Positions 16,952 through 26,590 are shown, counted from the stretch's first letter. The stretch: DNA of 32,000 nucleotides from Paenibacillus sp. (GCF_048976745.1 NZ_JBHGUU010000006.1:1519395-1551394); one strand, 5' to 3'. Numbers and translations are program-made. Notes: generated by a model not told the origin, from the sequence alone.

Positions 16952-18070
16952 ATGTTGAGTAATCCACAATATAACATTATTTCTACAGAGCGTTTGTTTC
17001 AACCATACACCGTTGCAAAGCTAACCCTGTCCTCGCGCATTGTCATGTCTCCCATGGCTCGATCCTTCTCCCCCGATGGTGTCCCGGGCCCCGATGTAGC
17101 CACATATTATCGTCGACGTGCCGAGCATGGTGTTGGACTCATTATTACCGAAGGCGCAACTATTGAGCATCCGTCTGCATCAAGTGAGCCTAGAATCCCT
17201 CATATGTATGGAGAAGCAGCTCTCCAAGGCTGGTCTGAAGTGGTCAAACAAGTTCATGATGCTGGCGGCAAAATCTTTCCTCAGATTTTACACATGGGCA
17301 TCGTTCGTCCTTCTGGATCTGATCCACACCCGGAAGCTGTATCACTAAGTCCATCGGGAATTGATATGGAAGGTACTCAAGTAGGTTCGCCCATGACGGA
17401 GGCAGAGATCGCAACGGTGATTCAAGCTTATGCTGATGCAGCCGTTAATGCGCAACGCATCGGTTTTGACGGAATTGAGCTTCACGGTGCACACGGTTTT
17501 CTGATCGATCAGTTCTTCTGGAAAACGACGAATAGGAGAACAGACCGCTACGGTGGTGACCTTCGGAAAAGAACTCAATTTGCGATTGAACTTGTCATGG
17601 CAGTTCGTGCTGCTGTAGGTCCTGATTTCCCTATTGCAATGCGGATTTCCCAATGGAAGATGAATGATTATCAAGCCCGACTATTCGACACACCGGAACA
17701 ACTGGAACAATTCCTCCGTTTGCTGGTTGACGCAGGTGTAGATATCTTCCACTGCTCCACACGACGCTTTTGGGAGCCCGAGTTTGAAGGATCTGATCTT
17801 GGATTTGCAGGGTGGGTGCGGAAGCTAAGTGGTCAAACCACGATAACGGTCGGTTCTGTAGGCATGGCAGATGAGCCTGGAGCAGAAGGCGATGAAGTCA
17901 AACATCCGGGGATGAGCGAACTTATGAAGCGATATGAGCAACAGGAGTTTGACCTGGTAGCGGTCGGACGTGCACTCCTTGGTGATCCGGCATGGGCTGC
18001 CAAAATACGCGAAGGCCGCGTATCTGAAATTCAGGACTTTACACCTGAAGCACTGGCTACGCTATACTAA
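16952..18070 (+). CDS. NADH:flavin oxidoreductase, Old Yellow Enzyme family
   Basis: OYE blocks (RIVMSPMAR, GLIITEG, Q..H.G, GFDGIELHGAHGFLIDQF, TN.RTD.YGG). Start moved to the ATG at 16952 (GGAGGTG 4 nt upstream). Confidence 0.9.
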   Translation: MLSNPQYNIISTERLFQPYTVAKLTLSSRIVMSPMARSFSPDGVPGPDVATYYRRRAEHGVGLIITEGATIEHPSASSEPRIPHMYGEAALQGWSEVVKQVHDAGGKIFPQILHMGIVRPSGSDPHPEAVSLSPSGIDMEGTQVGSPMTEAEIATVIQAYADAAVNAQRIGFDGIELHGAHGFLIDQFFWKTTNRRTDRYGGDLRKRTQFAIELVMAVRAAVGPDFPIAMRISQWKMNDYQARLFDTPEQLEQFLRLLVDAGVDIFHCSTRRFWEPEFEGSDLGFAGWVRKLSGQTTITVGSVGMADEPGAEGDEVKHPGMSELMKRYEQQEFDLVAVGRALLGDPAWAAKIREGRVSEIQDFTPEALATLY

Positions 18071-18296
18071 GAACAATAACTTATTGTTCCAGACATTTTT
18101 TTCTCCCATATATGTAGGTTTGAACTCATGAATCAACTATACTATGCAAAGGGCTCGCTTTCCCTCCGGGATTGCGGGTAATTTGTTTTTGGAGATATCT
18201 GTACGATCAAACCCTTCGAGCAATAGCAATATCGTTCAAGAAAATTCCTTCTTTGCAACCTATAATGACATTAACATACCAGAAAGAAGGTGCATC

Positions 18297-19148
18297 ATGA
18301 CTCGGGAAGTCCGGACTGTGGTATTTGATACCGACTTACAGCTAGAAGCTTATCAGTTTGAAGGCATTATGCAGAAGTTTCCCAATCACTTTCATGACTA
18401 TTACGTCATTGGATTTATTGAGCAAGGCAAGCGTCACCTCGTCTGCAACAATGAAGAATACATTTTGAATAGCGGAGACATGATTGTCTTTAATCCACAT
18501 GATCCTCATGCCTGCGAACAGGTTGATGGCAGAACCCTCGATTATCGCTGTATCAACGTCCAGCCTGAGGTTATGCGAGAGTACGCGAGAGAGATTACCG
18601 GACAAGCTTACTTGCCACGGTTTACATCCCCCGTTCTCTACCAAAGTGAACTTGTGGGTTCCCTGCATGAGCTGCATCAGACGATTCTGGAGGAGCAATC
18701 GGATTTCTGTAAAGAAGAATTGTTACTCTTGCTGCTGGATCAGTTGATGCGAGATTATTCGGATGCTGAACCGCCTGTTTCCACTCAGGATGTTACTATG
18801 GAGATCAGACGCATATGCGAGTACATCGAATCTCATTACATGGAGAGCATCTCATTAAATGAGTTAGCCGACTTGACGGAGATGAGCAAATATCACCTGC
18901 TGCGCTTGTTCACTCGCCAGAAAGGCATATCACCATACCGCTACCTGGAGACCATTCGTATTAATCAGGCCAAACGCTTCTTAGAACAGGGTCAGCTTCC
19001 GATTGAAGTAGCCGCACAGACAGGATTTAGCGACCAGAGCCACTTCACGAATTTTTTCAAAAAACTGATTGGCCTGACGCCCAAGCAATACAGACGTATC
19101 TTCAATCATGATACCGAGCCGAAACGAACCACCGATCACATCGTATGA
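18297..19148 (+). CDS. AraC family transcriptional regulator with N-terminal cupin domain
   Basis: Cupin region (FPNHFHDYYVIGFIEQGKRHLVCNNEEYILNSGDMIVFNPHDPH) plus a C-terminal AraC double HTH (..SKYHLLRLF....G.SPYRYLE..RI..A...L; GFSDQSHFTNFFKK..G.TP.QYR). Start moved to the ATG at 18297 (GAAGGTG upstream). Confidence 0.9.
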   Translation: MTREVRTVVFDTDLQLEAYQFEGIMQKFPNHFHDYYVIGFIEQGKRHLVCNNEEYILNSGDMIVFNPHDPHACEQVDGRTLDYRCINVQPEVMREYAREITGQAYLPRFTSPVLYQSELVGSLHELHQTILEEQSDFCKEELLLLLLDQLMRDYSDAEPPVSTQDVTMEIRRICEYIESHYMESISLNELADLTEMSKYHLLRLFTRQKGISPYRYLETIRINQAKRFLEQGQLPIEVAAQTGFSDQSHFTNFFKKLIGLTPKQYRRIFNHDTEPKRTTDHIV

Positions 19149-20074
19149 CGAGTCATCATAACACCAAGGCCTCTACCGGACATTTACTCGCTTTGTTTAC
19201 CATAGTGATCTGGGGCACCACTTTTGTCTCAACGAAGGTGCTGCTGATTGACTTTACCCCAGTGGAAATTTTGTTCTTTCGCTTCCTGATCGGGTATTTG
19301 GTCCTCTTGCTGATCTATCCGCGTTCACTGCGGACCGCCTCATTCAGAGAAGAATGCTTGTTTATCGGAGCAGGAATATGTGGAGTGACTCTATATTTTC
19401 TCATTGAAAATATTGCGTTGCTGTACACAACCGCTTCCAACGTGGGTGTTATTGTCTCCATTGCCCCGTTCTTCACTGCCGTACTCGCACACTTCTTCCT
19501 GGATGGTGAGAAGTTAACACGCCGCTTTCTTATCGGATTTGGAGTTGCATTGAGCGGCATCCTACTCATCGCACTGAATGGCAGTTTTGTGCTGCAACTG
19601 AATCCGGCAGGTGATCTGCTTGCTTTTATAGCACCTGCGGTATGGGCGATTTATTCCGTATTAATGCGTAAAATTGGCCAGCTTCGCTATCACACTATTG
19701 GTGCGACTCGCAAAGTATTTTTCTATGGCCTGATCTTCATGCTGCCAGCTCTTTTTCTATTCGAATTCCATTGGGAACTCGGGCGCTTCACAAGTATGAC
19801 CAATCTTTCTAATTTTCTTTACCTCGGTCTGGGTGCCTCCGCGCTGTGTTTCGTGACCTGGAACCGGGCTGTAAATCTTCTCGGAGCTATGCAAACGAGT
19901 GTATATATCTATCTGGTGCCTGTCATTACTGTCGTGTCATCTGCACTCATTCTTCGGGAACAGATCACCTGGGTGATTGTAATTGGTGCGTTCTTAACAT
20001 TATTCGGCTCCTACATTTCAGAGCGCAAAGTACACACGCTTAACAACAAAAACACTAATCCGCGGAGGGCTTAG
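19145..20074 (+). CDS. DMT superfamily transporter (EamA domain, 10 TM)
   Basis: 309-aa polytopic protein with two EamA-like halves. Its ATG overlaps the AraC stop (ATGA at 19145-19148). Confidence 0.85.
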   Translation: MTSHHNTKASTGHLLALFTIVIWGTTFVSTKVLLIDFTPVEILFFRFLIGYLVLLLIYPRSLRTASFREECLFIGAGICGVTLYFLIENIALLYTTASNVGVIVSIAPFFTAVLAHFFLDGEKLTRRFLIGFGVALSGILLIALNGSFVLQLNPAGDLLAFIAPAVWAIYSVLMRKIGQLRYHTIGATRKVFFYGLIFMLPALFLFEFHWELGRFTSMTNLSNFLYLGLGASALCFVTWNRAVNLLGAMQTSVYIYLVPVITVVSSALILREQITWVIVIGAFLTLFGSYISERKVHTLNNKNTNPRRA

Positions 20075-20149
20075 TGTTTGCTTCATTTCATTTTTTTACT
20101 ATATAACTGGAAATCGTGGTTGACCACCGTTGACATGAGCAGAAGTCAT

Positions 20150-20851
20150 TCATTTTATCTCATTCAATTGAGACAGCAGAATCTCCAGTTCCTCTTGCTC
20201 CAGATGACGCCATTGCCCCCGCTCCAGTTGATTCAACGTAATATTCATAATTCGGATACGCTCCAGCTTCAATACGCGGTACCCCAAGGCTTTGCACATT
20301 CTGCGGATCTGCAGGTTAAGCCCCTGTGTCAAAATAATCCGAAATACATGTTCACTCTGCCTATGCACTTCGCAGGGCTTGGTCACCACGTTCAGAATCT
20401 CAACACCTTCGGACATGGACTTTACAAATTCAGCGGTTACGGGTTTATCTACAGTCACTACATACTCTTTATCATGATTATGCTCTGAACGCATCATTTT
20501 GTTCACAATGCCACCATCATTCGTAAGCAAAATCAACCCTTCCGATGCCTTATCCAGCCTACCTATCGCAAATATGCGAGAAGGATAATTCATATATTGA
20601 ATGATATTCCCTTCCACATGTGCTGCTGATGTGCTGACAATACCGATGGGTTTATTTAGAGCAATATAGACAGGTTCGCTGTCATTACGAGGAATCTCAT
20701 TGCCATCAATAAGGACCACATCATGAGGTTCAACTTCGGCTCCTTTTTCACAAACCCTGCCATTGATCGTTATGCGTCCGGCTGCTATTAATCGGTTCGT
20801 TTCCCTGCGGGAGCAGAATCCCGTTTCACTTATGTATTTGTTAATTAACAT
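20150..20851 (-). CDS. rluF: RsuA-family rRNA pseudouridine synthase (RluF-like)
   Basis: N-terminal S4 domain (LNKYISETGFCSRRE..LI..GRI.ING) and catalytic motif GRLDK.SEGL.LLTNDG. The size and sequence are closest to RluF as recalled. Confidence 0.8.
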   Translation of the reverse strand: MLINKYISETGFCSRRETNRLIAAGRITINGRVCEKGAEVEPHDVVLIDGNEIPRNDSEPVYIALNKPIGIVSTSAAHVEGNIIQYMNYPSRIFAIGRLDKASEGLILLTNDGGIVNKMMRSEHNHDKEYVVTVDKPVTAEFVKSMSEGVEILNVVTKPCEVHRQSEHVFRIILTQGLNLQIRRMCKALGYRVLKLERIRIMNITLNQLERGQWRHLEQEELEILLSQLNEIK

Positions 20852-21054
20852 GTGTCACCGCTTCTCATCTGTAATAGTTCAGCTGGTTCATTGATTAATG
20901 ATTCGTTCATTAACTTCACGCAAGAGTTAGTACCTTGTACTGATTCTTATTCCACATCATCTCATTTATACTGAAATGAAGCAATGAATGGTTATATGAC
21001 AGCACATAGAGCAGTACATAGGAAAGCTACTATACACACTGAAGGGAGTTTCAC

Positions 21055-21687
21055 ATGTACAACGTTACTCGATTTACAGTTGACCCCGATGATCCACACC
21101 AAGACTCTGGCATGTGGATTGGTGGAGAGATGGCATATGTTGCAGACTGGCCGCTCAACCCTGATGGGCAACCTTTATTGCATCTGTTCTCCATCCATTG
21201 CAACACACTTTCACAGCAGGTCCATATCCCTTCTTTACCAGAAGATAAATATATCTCGGTCTTCTCGACCTACTCCGCTTCCGAATACTTTCTGGATCAG
21301 GTAACCTATACGGGGGATGAGCTGGAATGGAACGAGAATATTCTCGCCGGATGCACTTATGTCTCGGTATCTTCGAATCCACTAACTTCCGTATGTCCCG
21401 TTCCACCCATTCCATTAAGCGGCGTACGTTTGATTGAAATGGAGCTTCACGATCAGGAGTTTCCTGCATTTTCATTCTTTTCTCCCACTTTACCGAACAG
21501 TGTGAAAGGAATTGACCATCTGCTAGAGGAATATCAACTGGTGTGTCAGATATATTCCGGGGATTTTCCTGATCCATATCGGGATATATTGGGTCTTTCT
21601 GATGCAAATGGTTATTTATTTTTGCGAAGGGGTCCAGCGTCAGCTCACGCACCATTCGATGGAATTTTCTTTGTGCAGACTGCTTAA
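21055..21687 (+). CDS. DUF1963 (YwqG-like) domain protein
   Basis: 210 aa, SD GAAGGGAG 7 nt upstream. The N-terminal GG......WP....G.PL..L..I block and the C-terminal ..D.NGYLFL..GIFFV resemble YwqG features (GG.P..P....G.P..LL.QI; GD.G...FFI). Preferred over the antisense 186-aa ORF, which has no SD or motifs. Confidence 0.55.
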   Translation: MYNVTRFTVDPDDPHQDSGMWIGGEMAYVADWPLNPDGQPLLHLFSIHCNTLSQQVHIPSLPEDKYISVFSTYSASEYFLDQVTYTGDELEWNENILAGCTYVSVSSNPLTSVCPVPPIPLSGVRLIEMELHDQEFPAFSFFSPTLPNSVKGIDHLLEEYQLVCQIYSGDFPDPYRDILGLSDANGYLFLRRGPASAHAPFDGIFFVQTA

Positions 21688-21732
21688 TCGTGATACCTAA
21701 GGGCAGATTCATCATAAAGAACGGCTAATCAG

Positions 21733-21770
21733 AACGTTTCCTGTCTACTCAGACAGTAAACGTTTTTTTT
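21733..21770 (+). terminator. Rho-independent terminator after the DUF1963-like gene
   Basis: AACGUUUC-CUGUCU-acuc-AGACAG-UAAACGUU followed by UUUUUU. Confidence 0.85.
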
Positions 21771-22026
21771 ATATATGTACGGTTTACAATCCTTGATCCT
21801 TACCAGTGACAACACTGTCAGAGTCATATGAATTGGATCGGATTTAACCTTCTACACGAAATCGTTTTAGAAAAATATATACGACGAGGAATATTTTCAG
21901 TCTTCAAAACTTAACATTATTTTACAATAAAAAGCATGTACATTTGGGCAATTATGGTTTAAGTTATATATGAAATAAACATTAATTACATAATATAAAA
22001 TTTTTATCCAACTAGGAGGCAGACTT

Positions 22027-23235
22027 TTGAAAAGAATATTCGCTCTAAGCTGCGGTTTTTATCTGTTAATCGGCATAACCAGCGTTGTGCTCGGTGCCCT
22101 TCTCCCTGTTTTGTTGTCATATTATGAGCGCGGTTACAGTGATGGCGGATTTTTGTTATTTCTGCAGTTTCTCGGATTTCTTGTCGGTGTACTTGTAGCT
22201 CCTGCCCTGACAGCCCGTATCGGAAGAAAAACCATGCTGACCCTTGCCTTGATCTGTATTGTGGCTGCTTATGCTGTTCTCGGATTTTTGCCGTCTTGGA
22301 CCAGCGTTCTTCTGCTTACCATTCTCATAGGCTTTGGCTCAGGCATTATTGAGCCTTCCGTTGGAGCATTCACGATTGAATTCACTGAGAATCAGAAGGC
22401 AGTCGCCATGTCCAAGCTGGATGTTTTCTTTGCACTTGGAGCACTTCTTATCCCGGCTGTCGCTGCTTTATTTATCTGGATGGATCTATGGCATCTTACT
22501 TTCTATGTCGTATCCGGGTTGTCACTGGTTCTCATGCTCCTGTGGATCACCATGCCCCGTCCAGCCGCACGATATCTGGAACAGGCTGGCGAGAATACAG
22601 TGGCACATGCAGCTGGTAAAACTAGATATTCGAGAAAACAGTTGGGGCTACTAATGATTTTTGTCATCTTCTTTTTCATCTACATGGGACTTGAACTGGG
22701 ACTGATGAACTTCCTGCCCTCCATTCTCGTAGAACGATTGCAGCTTCAGGAATCTGTCGCATCACTGAGTGTCTCCATCCTGTGGATCGCGATGATTATC
22801 GGCCGTCTTTTCTCAGGAAAAATAGCGGAAGCGGTCAATTACATGCCTTTCCTGATCTGGAGTACGATCGGCACGCTTATGTTCGCAGTTGCTATGGTAT
22901 TTGTAACGGGTCAGTGGGCAACGTACGTGCTGATCTTCGGAACCGGTTTGTTCATGTCAGGGCTGTTCTGTATCGCACTCGTCTATGCAAATGTTCTGAT
23001 TCCCGGCATGACCGAACGCACAACCAGTATCCTCATCGCATCGGGTGGTATTGGAGGTGCCGTCTTGCAGTATGTGACTGGATGGAGTATGAGTACCTTG
23101 CCTGTTGTGAATACCATCTGGATTTTGGCCGGATTCTGTCTGATCCTGCTTCTCACATTGATGGTCTCTCATCTATGGACGGTAAAAAATAATGCAGTAC
23201 GTGCTGCTCTCACACAACATAGTAAGCAAATGTAA
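22027..23235 (+). CDS. MFS transporter, GlcP-like (glucose/mannose:H+ symporter, FHS-type)
   Basis: TTG start 7 nt after AGGAGG. 12 TM. Blocks MSKLDVFFALGAL, NFLPSIL, W.AMIIGRL and ILIASGGIGGAVLQYVTGWS parallel B. subtilis GlcP (MSKLEVLFGLGAL, NFLPSIM, FIASASFGGAIISFLIGWS) as recalled. Confidence 0.8.
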   Translation: MKRIFALSCGFYLLIGITSVVLGALLPVLLSYYERGYSDGGFLLFLQFLGFLVGVLVAPALTARIGRKTMLTLALICIVAAYAVLGFLPSWTSVLLLTILIGFGSGIIEPSVGAFTIEFTENQKAVAMSKLDVFFALGALLIPAVAALFIWMDLWHLTFYVVSGLSLVLMLLWITMPRPAARYLEQAGENTVAHAAGKTRYSRKQLGLLMIFVIFFFIYMGLELGLMNFLPSILVERLQLQESVASLSVSILWIAMIIGRLFSGKIAEAVNYMPFLIWSTIGTLMFAVAMVFVTGQWATYVLIFGTGLFMSGLFCIALVYANVLIPGMTERTTSILIASGGIGGAVLQYVTGWSMSTLPVVNTIWILAGFCLILLLTLMVSHLWTVKNNAVRAALTQHSKQM

Positions 23236-23325
23236 ACTTTATTCCTTAAGGGAGGTGATGCCCGCATCATCCGGAATTGTTGAGCTTCGTTCGAGTTAGT
23301 ACACCATAATATTGGAGGAAATCGT

Positions 23326-24564
23326 ATGCAAACTTTGACCAACAACCGCTTCGTAGCCGGAAAAGGGATTAAGTTGATTGACGATTCAGGTGTTGAATAC
23401 CTCGATGGCGTGTCAGGTACGTTTAATCTGTCACTGGGCTATAATCACCCACATGTAGTCAGCAAAATTCAGGAACAAGTCGGCAATCTGACGCATATGT
23501 CTTCCTCCTTCACTGAACCATACGTAAATGAAGTACTTGATCACTTAATCGAATATGCTCCAAACGACATTAATGCCGGATGGATGCGGGATATTACCGG
23601 TTCAACTGCAAACGAATGTGCGACCAAAATTGCACAGAAGTATACTAAATCGACAGACATCATCAGCCTGTATCTATCCCATCATGGGCAGACCCAATTT
23701 GCCACCGGGATTTCAGGGAATGCCTTTAGACGGAAACGGTTCCCTAATTCAGCTGTACCTAACGCTGTTCATGTACCTGCCCCATACTGTTATCGCTGCC
23801 CATTCAAATCCTCAAACGGAGACTGCGGCTATCAATGCGTTGAAGCTATCTCTGATGCAATAGAATATGCAAGTTCCGGCTCAGTCGCCTGCATGATCAT
23901 CGAACCCATTCTTGGGAATGGCGGCAATATTATTCCTCCTGCTGGATATTTCAAACGACTGCGTAAACTGTGTGATGAGTACAACATGCTTCTCATTGCC
24001 GACGAAGTTCAGACCGGCATTGGTCGTACGGGAACCATGTTTGCCAGCGAACTGTTTGATATCCAGCCTGACATGATTACCCTTGCAAAAGGTCTTGGCG
24101 GAATCGGCGTACCTGTGGCTGCAGTATTAATGCAATCCCGATTGGATGTGCTCGAAAAGCACGAACACTCCTTCACCTCTGGAAGCAATCTGATCTCCGT
24201 AACCGCTGCCAAATCCACCCTGGAGGTGGTATCCGAACCCGGATTTCTGGATGCCGTGAAACGCAAAGGTGAAATTCTGGGTGAATTGCTGCATGAATTG
24301 GCTGTGAAATACCCAAGTATCGGGGAAGCTCGTGGCGTCGGGTTAATGTGGGGCTTGGAGATCATAGGTGACGGTAATGAACCGGATACACTAAAAACCA
24401 ATGCCATTGTTGACCGTGCTTTTACAGATGAGCATCTGATCCTGAGAAGTTCAAGATATGGCTTCGGTAACGTGGTTAAGGTCCGGCCTTCCCTTACCAC
24501 AACCGAAGACGAACTGGTAGAGATTGTGGAGCGGCTTGATTCGGTGCTTGCCAGCGTTAATTAA
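23326..24564 (+). CDS. Class-III (omega-type) PLP-dependent aminotransferase
   Basis: 412 aa. DEVQTGIGRTG and PLP-lysine context DMITLAKGLGG. SD GGAGGAAA 5 nt upstream. Confidence 0.9.
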   Translation: MQTLTNNRFVAGKGIKLIDDSGVEYLDGVSGTFNLSLGYNHPHVVSKIQEQVGNLTHMSSSFTEPYVNEVLDHLIEYAPNDINAGWMRDITGSTANECATKIAQKYTKSTDIISLYLSHHGQTQFATGISGNAFRRKRFPNSAVPNAVHVPAPYCYRCPFKSSNGDCGYQCVEAISDAIEYASSGSVACMIIEPILGNGGNIIPPAGYFKRLRKLCDEYNMLLIADEVQTGIGRTGTMFASELFDIQPDMITLAKGLGGIGVPVAAVLMQSRLDVLEKHEHSFTSGSNLISVTAAKSTLEVVSEPGFLDAVKRKGEILGELLHELAVKYPSIGEARGVGLMWGLEIIGDGNEPDTLKTNAIVDRAFTDEHLILRSSRYGFGNVVKVRPSLTTTEDELVEIVERLDSVLASVN

Positions 24565-24688
24565 AACATTTCAATGCAACTGTTCGAAGTGGTCGTTTCG
24601 GTTACGAATCGTTCTTATGATCGCTGTTATCCACGGATTTTCTTGATTTTCCTTTCCCAAGGGAAAATAATTATAAGGAGGTTATATC

Positions 24689-25738
24689 ATGCTTGCATTG
24701 GTATACAAATCAGCCTGGGATGTCGCGCTTGAAGAACGTCCTGTCCCGGAAATCACAAGAGATAATCAGGTGTTGGTTCGGATTCGGGCGACAGGTGTGT
24801 GCGGTACCGATCTCGGTATTGTCAGCGGCAAATATCATGCGGTCCCTTCTGTCATTCTCGGTCATGAGTCCGCAGGGGAAGTCATTGATGTTGGCTCTGC
24901 GGTATCGACATTACAACCGGGTGACCGTGTTGTGATCGATCCTACCTACTATTGTGGACAATGTGACATGTGCAGAACAGGCAGACAAAATCATTGCACA
25001 CATAAATCGGTTACGGAGACGGGTGTAAGTGCTGACGGGACATTTACAGATTATTATGTGACCGAAGATCGCTTTTTGTACAAATTAAAGGATCATGTGA
25101 GCTATGAGGAAGCGACGTTGACGGAACCGCTCAGTTGTATGCTGACGGGAATTAATCAGATCCAACTCCTGCCGAATTTCAGAACGATCATCCTCGGTGC
25201 AGGTCCGATTGGCATTCTGTACAGTTACGCGCTCGCTTCCAAAGGGGTTACTGGCTGTCTGGTCGACATCTCGGAGGAACGCTTGGCGATTGCCGACTCC
25301 ATTGCACCCGATCGCTGGCAGGTTCATTCATCCTTCGAAAATGCAATAGAATCGCTGTCACCTGCAACCCATCAGGTTGATATGATTGTGGATACTACAG
25401 GTGTCGTAGGTACACAAGTACTCTCCCAGCTCGCCAGTGGCGGTTATCTGATGCTGGTAGGTCTAAGAGATGGAAATACGTCCTTTAATCCAAAAGAAGT
25501 CGTGGATCGTAGTCTGAAAATTATTGGCTCCATCGATTCTCTGGGCACATTCGCAACAGCACATTATATGATTGAGCAAGAGATCATTCCGGCTAAAAAA
25601 ATCATTACCCACTCCTTCCCGTTAGAGGATTACGAAGAAGCATTCCGCACACTTGGCTGCGATATCCAGGGGCGCACACTTCAAGCCTCTTCACATGCAA
25701 TCAAAGTTGTACTGCAATCCAGTGGTTCCCGTTTCTAA
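24689..25738 (+). CDS. Zn-dependent medium-chain dehydrogenase (sorbitol/threonine dehydrogenase-like, polyol DH)
   Basis: Catalytic Zn ligands GVCGTD and GHESAGEV. Structural Zn cluster CGQCDMCRTGRQNHC. Rossmann motif ILGAGPIG. SD AAGGAGG 8 nt upstream. Confidence 0.9.
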   Translation: MLALVYKSAWDVALEERPVPEITRDNQVLVRIRATGVCGTDLGIVSGKYHAVPSVILGHESAGEVIDVGSAVSTLQPGDRVVIDPTYYCGQCDMCRTGRQNHCTHKSVTETGVSADGTFTDYYVTEDRFLYKLKDHVSYEEATLTEPLSCMLTGINQIQLLPNFRTIILGAGPIGILYSYALASKGVTGCLVDISEERLAIADSIAPDRWQVHSSFENAIESLSPATHQVDMIVDTTGVVGTQVLSQLASGGYLMLVGLRDGNTSFNPKEVVDRSLKIIGSIDSLGTFATAHYMIEQEIIPAKKIITHSFPLEDYEEAFRTLGCDIQGRTLQASSHAIKVVLQSSGSRF

Positions 25739-25809
25739 AGTGGAAAGCCATCCATGAATGGATTAGATTAGATATATATACTTACACAATCCTGGAGGAG
25801 GAATACAAC

Positions 25810-26547
25810 ATGGTAGCAAACCAAGAATTTGGCGGACTGGGTGCAGCCGATGATAACATCATTCAAGCAGTTATTTTTGATATGGATGGTGTACTGATTG
25901 ACAGCGAACCGATATATTTCGAGATTGAGCGCAGCTCCTTTGCCCATTTTGGTGCAGTGATGACGGATGAAGAACACCACACTTATGTTGGAGTTACACT
26001 GGAGTCCATGTGGCAGCACGTTTTGGACAAACATCAACTGACGGCTACGCTGGAAGAAGTATTGGCATATCATCAGCATAATGTGATGCAAACCATGCTG
26101 GCTCATTCAAACTTGAAGGCAATGCCTTCCGTGGAACGCTGGTTAAGCTGGCTGCATGAGCAACACATTCCCATAGCCGTTGCTTCTTCCTCTCCACGTG
26201 CACTGATTGATTTGATCATGGACAAGACCGGACTTGGGCAATACTTTGAGGTACGAATGACCGGAGAGGAAGTCGAACATGGCAAGCCTGCACCAGATAT
26301 TTTCCTGACCACAGCTGAAATGATTGGTGCATCCCCGTCGAATTGTCTGGTGATCGAGGACTCTCGCAATGGTGTTCAGGCGGCCAAAAGTGCAGGCATG
26401 CGCTGCATCGGCTATAACAATCCGGGTTCAGGCAATCAGGACTTGTCCAAAGCCGATCTTCAGATTTCCAGTTACGATGAGTTATGGACCTTGAAGGATA
26501 AAATGCCTTTTGAAGGCAGATCGCCAAGCCTAGCCAAGCTACGCTGA
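25810..26547 (+). CDS. HAD-IA family sugar-phosphate phosphatase (beta-phosphoglucomutase-like subfamily)
   Basis: Motif I FDMDGVLIDSE, motif II ASSS, motif III GKPAPDIF, motif IV IEDSRNGVQAAKSAGM. SD GGAGGAGG 8 nt upstream. Confidence 0.9.
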   Translation: MVANQEFGGLGAADDNIIQAVIFDMDGVLIDSEPIYFEIERSSFAHFGAVMTDEEHHTYVGVTLESMWQHVLDKHQLTATLEEVLAYHQHNVMQTMLAHSNLKAMPSVERWLSWLHEQHIPIAVASSSPRALIDLIMDKTGLGQYFEVRMTGEEVEHGKPAPDIFLTTAEMIGASPSNCLVIEDSRNGVQAAKSAGMRCIGYNNPGSGNQDLSKADLQISSYDELWTLKDKMPFEGRSPSLAKLR

Positions 26548-26590
26548 GAAGGTCGCCTGATCAGATCGTAATTTCTTAATGAGTATATAG

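Noticed and set aside
21856-21869. cre-like (CcpA) site CGAAATCGTTTTAG upstream of the GlcP-like cluster
   Set aside because: It matches only the central part of the TGWAANCGNTNWCA consensus, and both outer positions are wrong. This is too weak to call without a scoring matrix.
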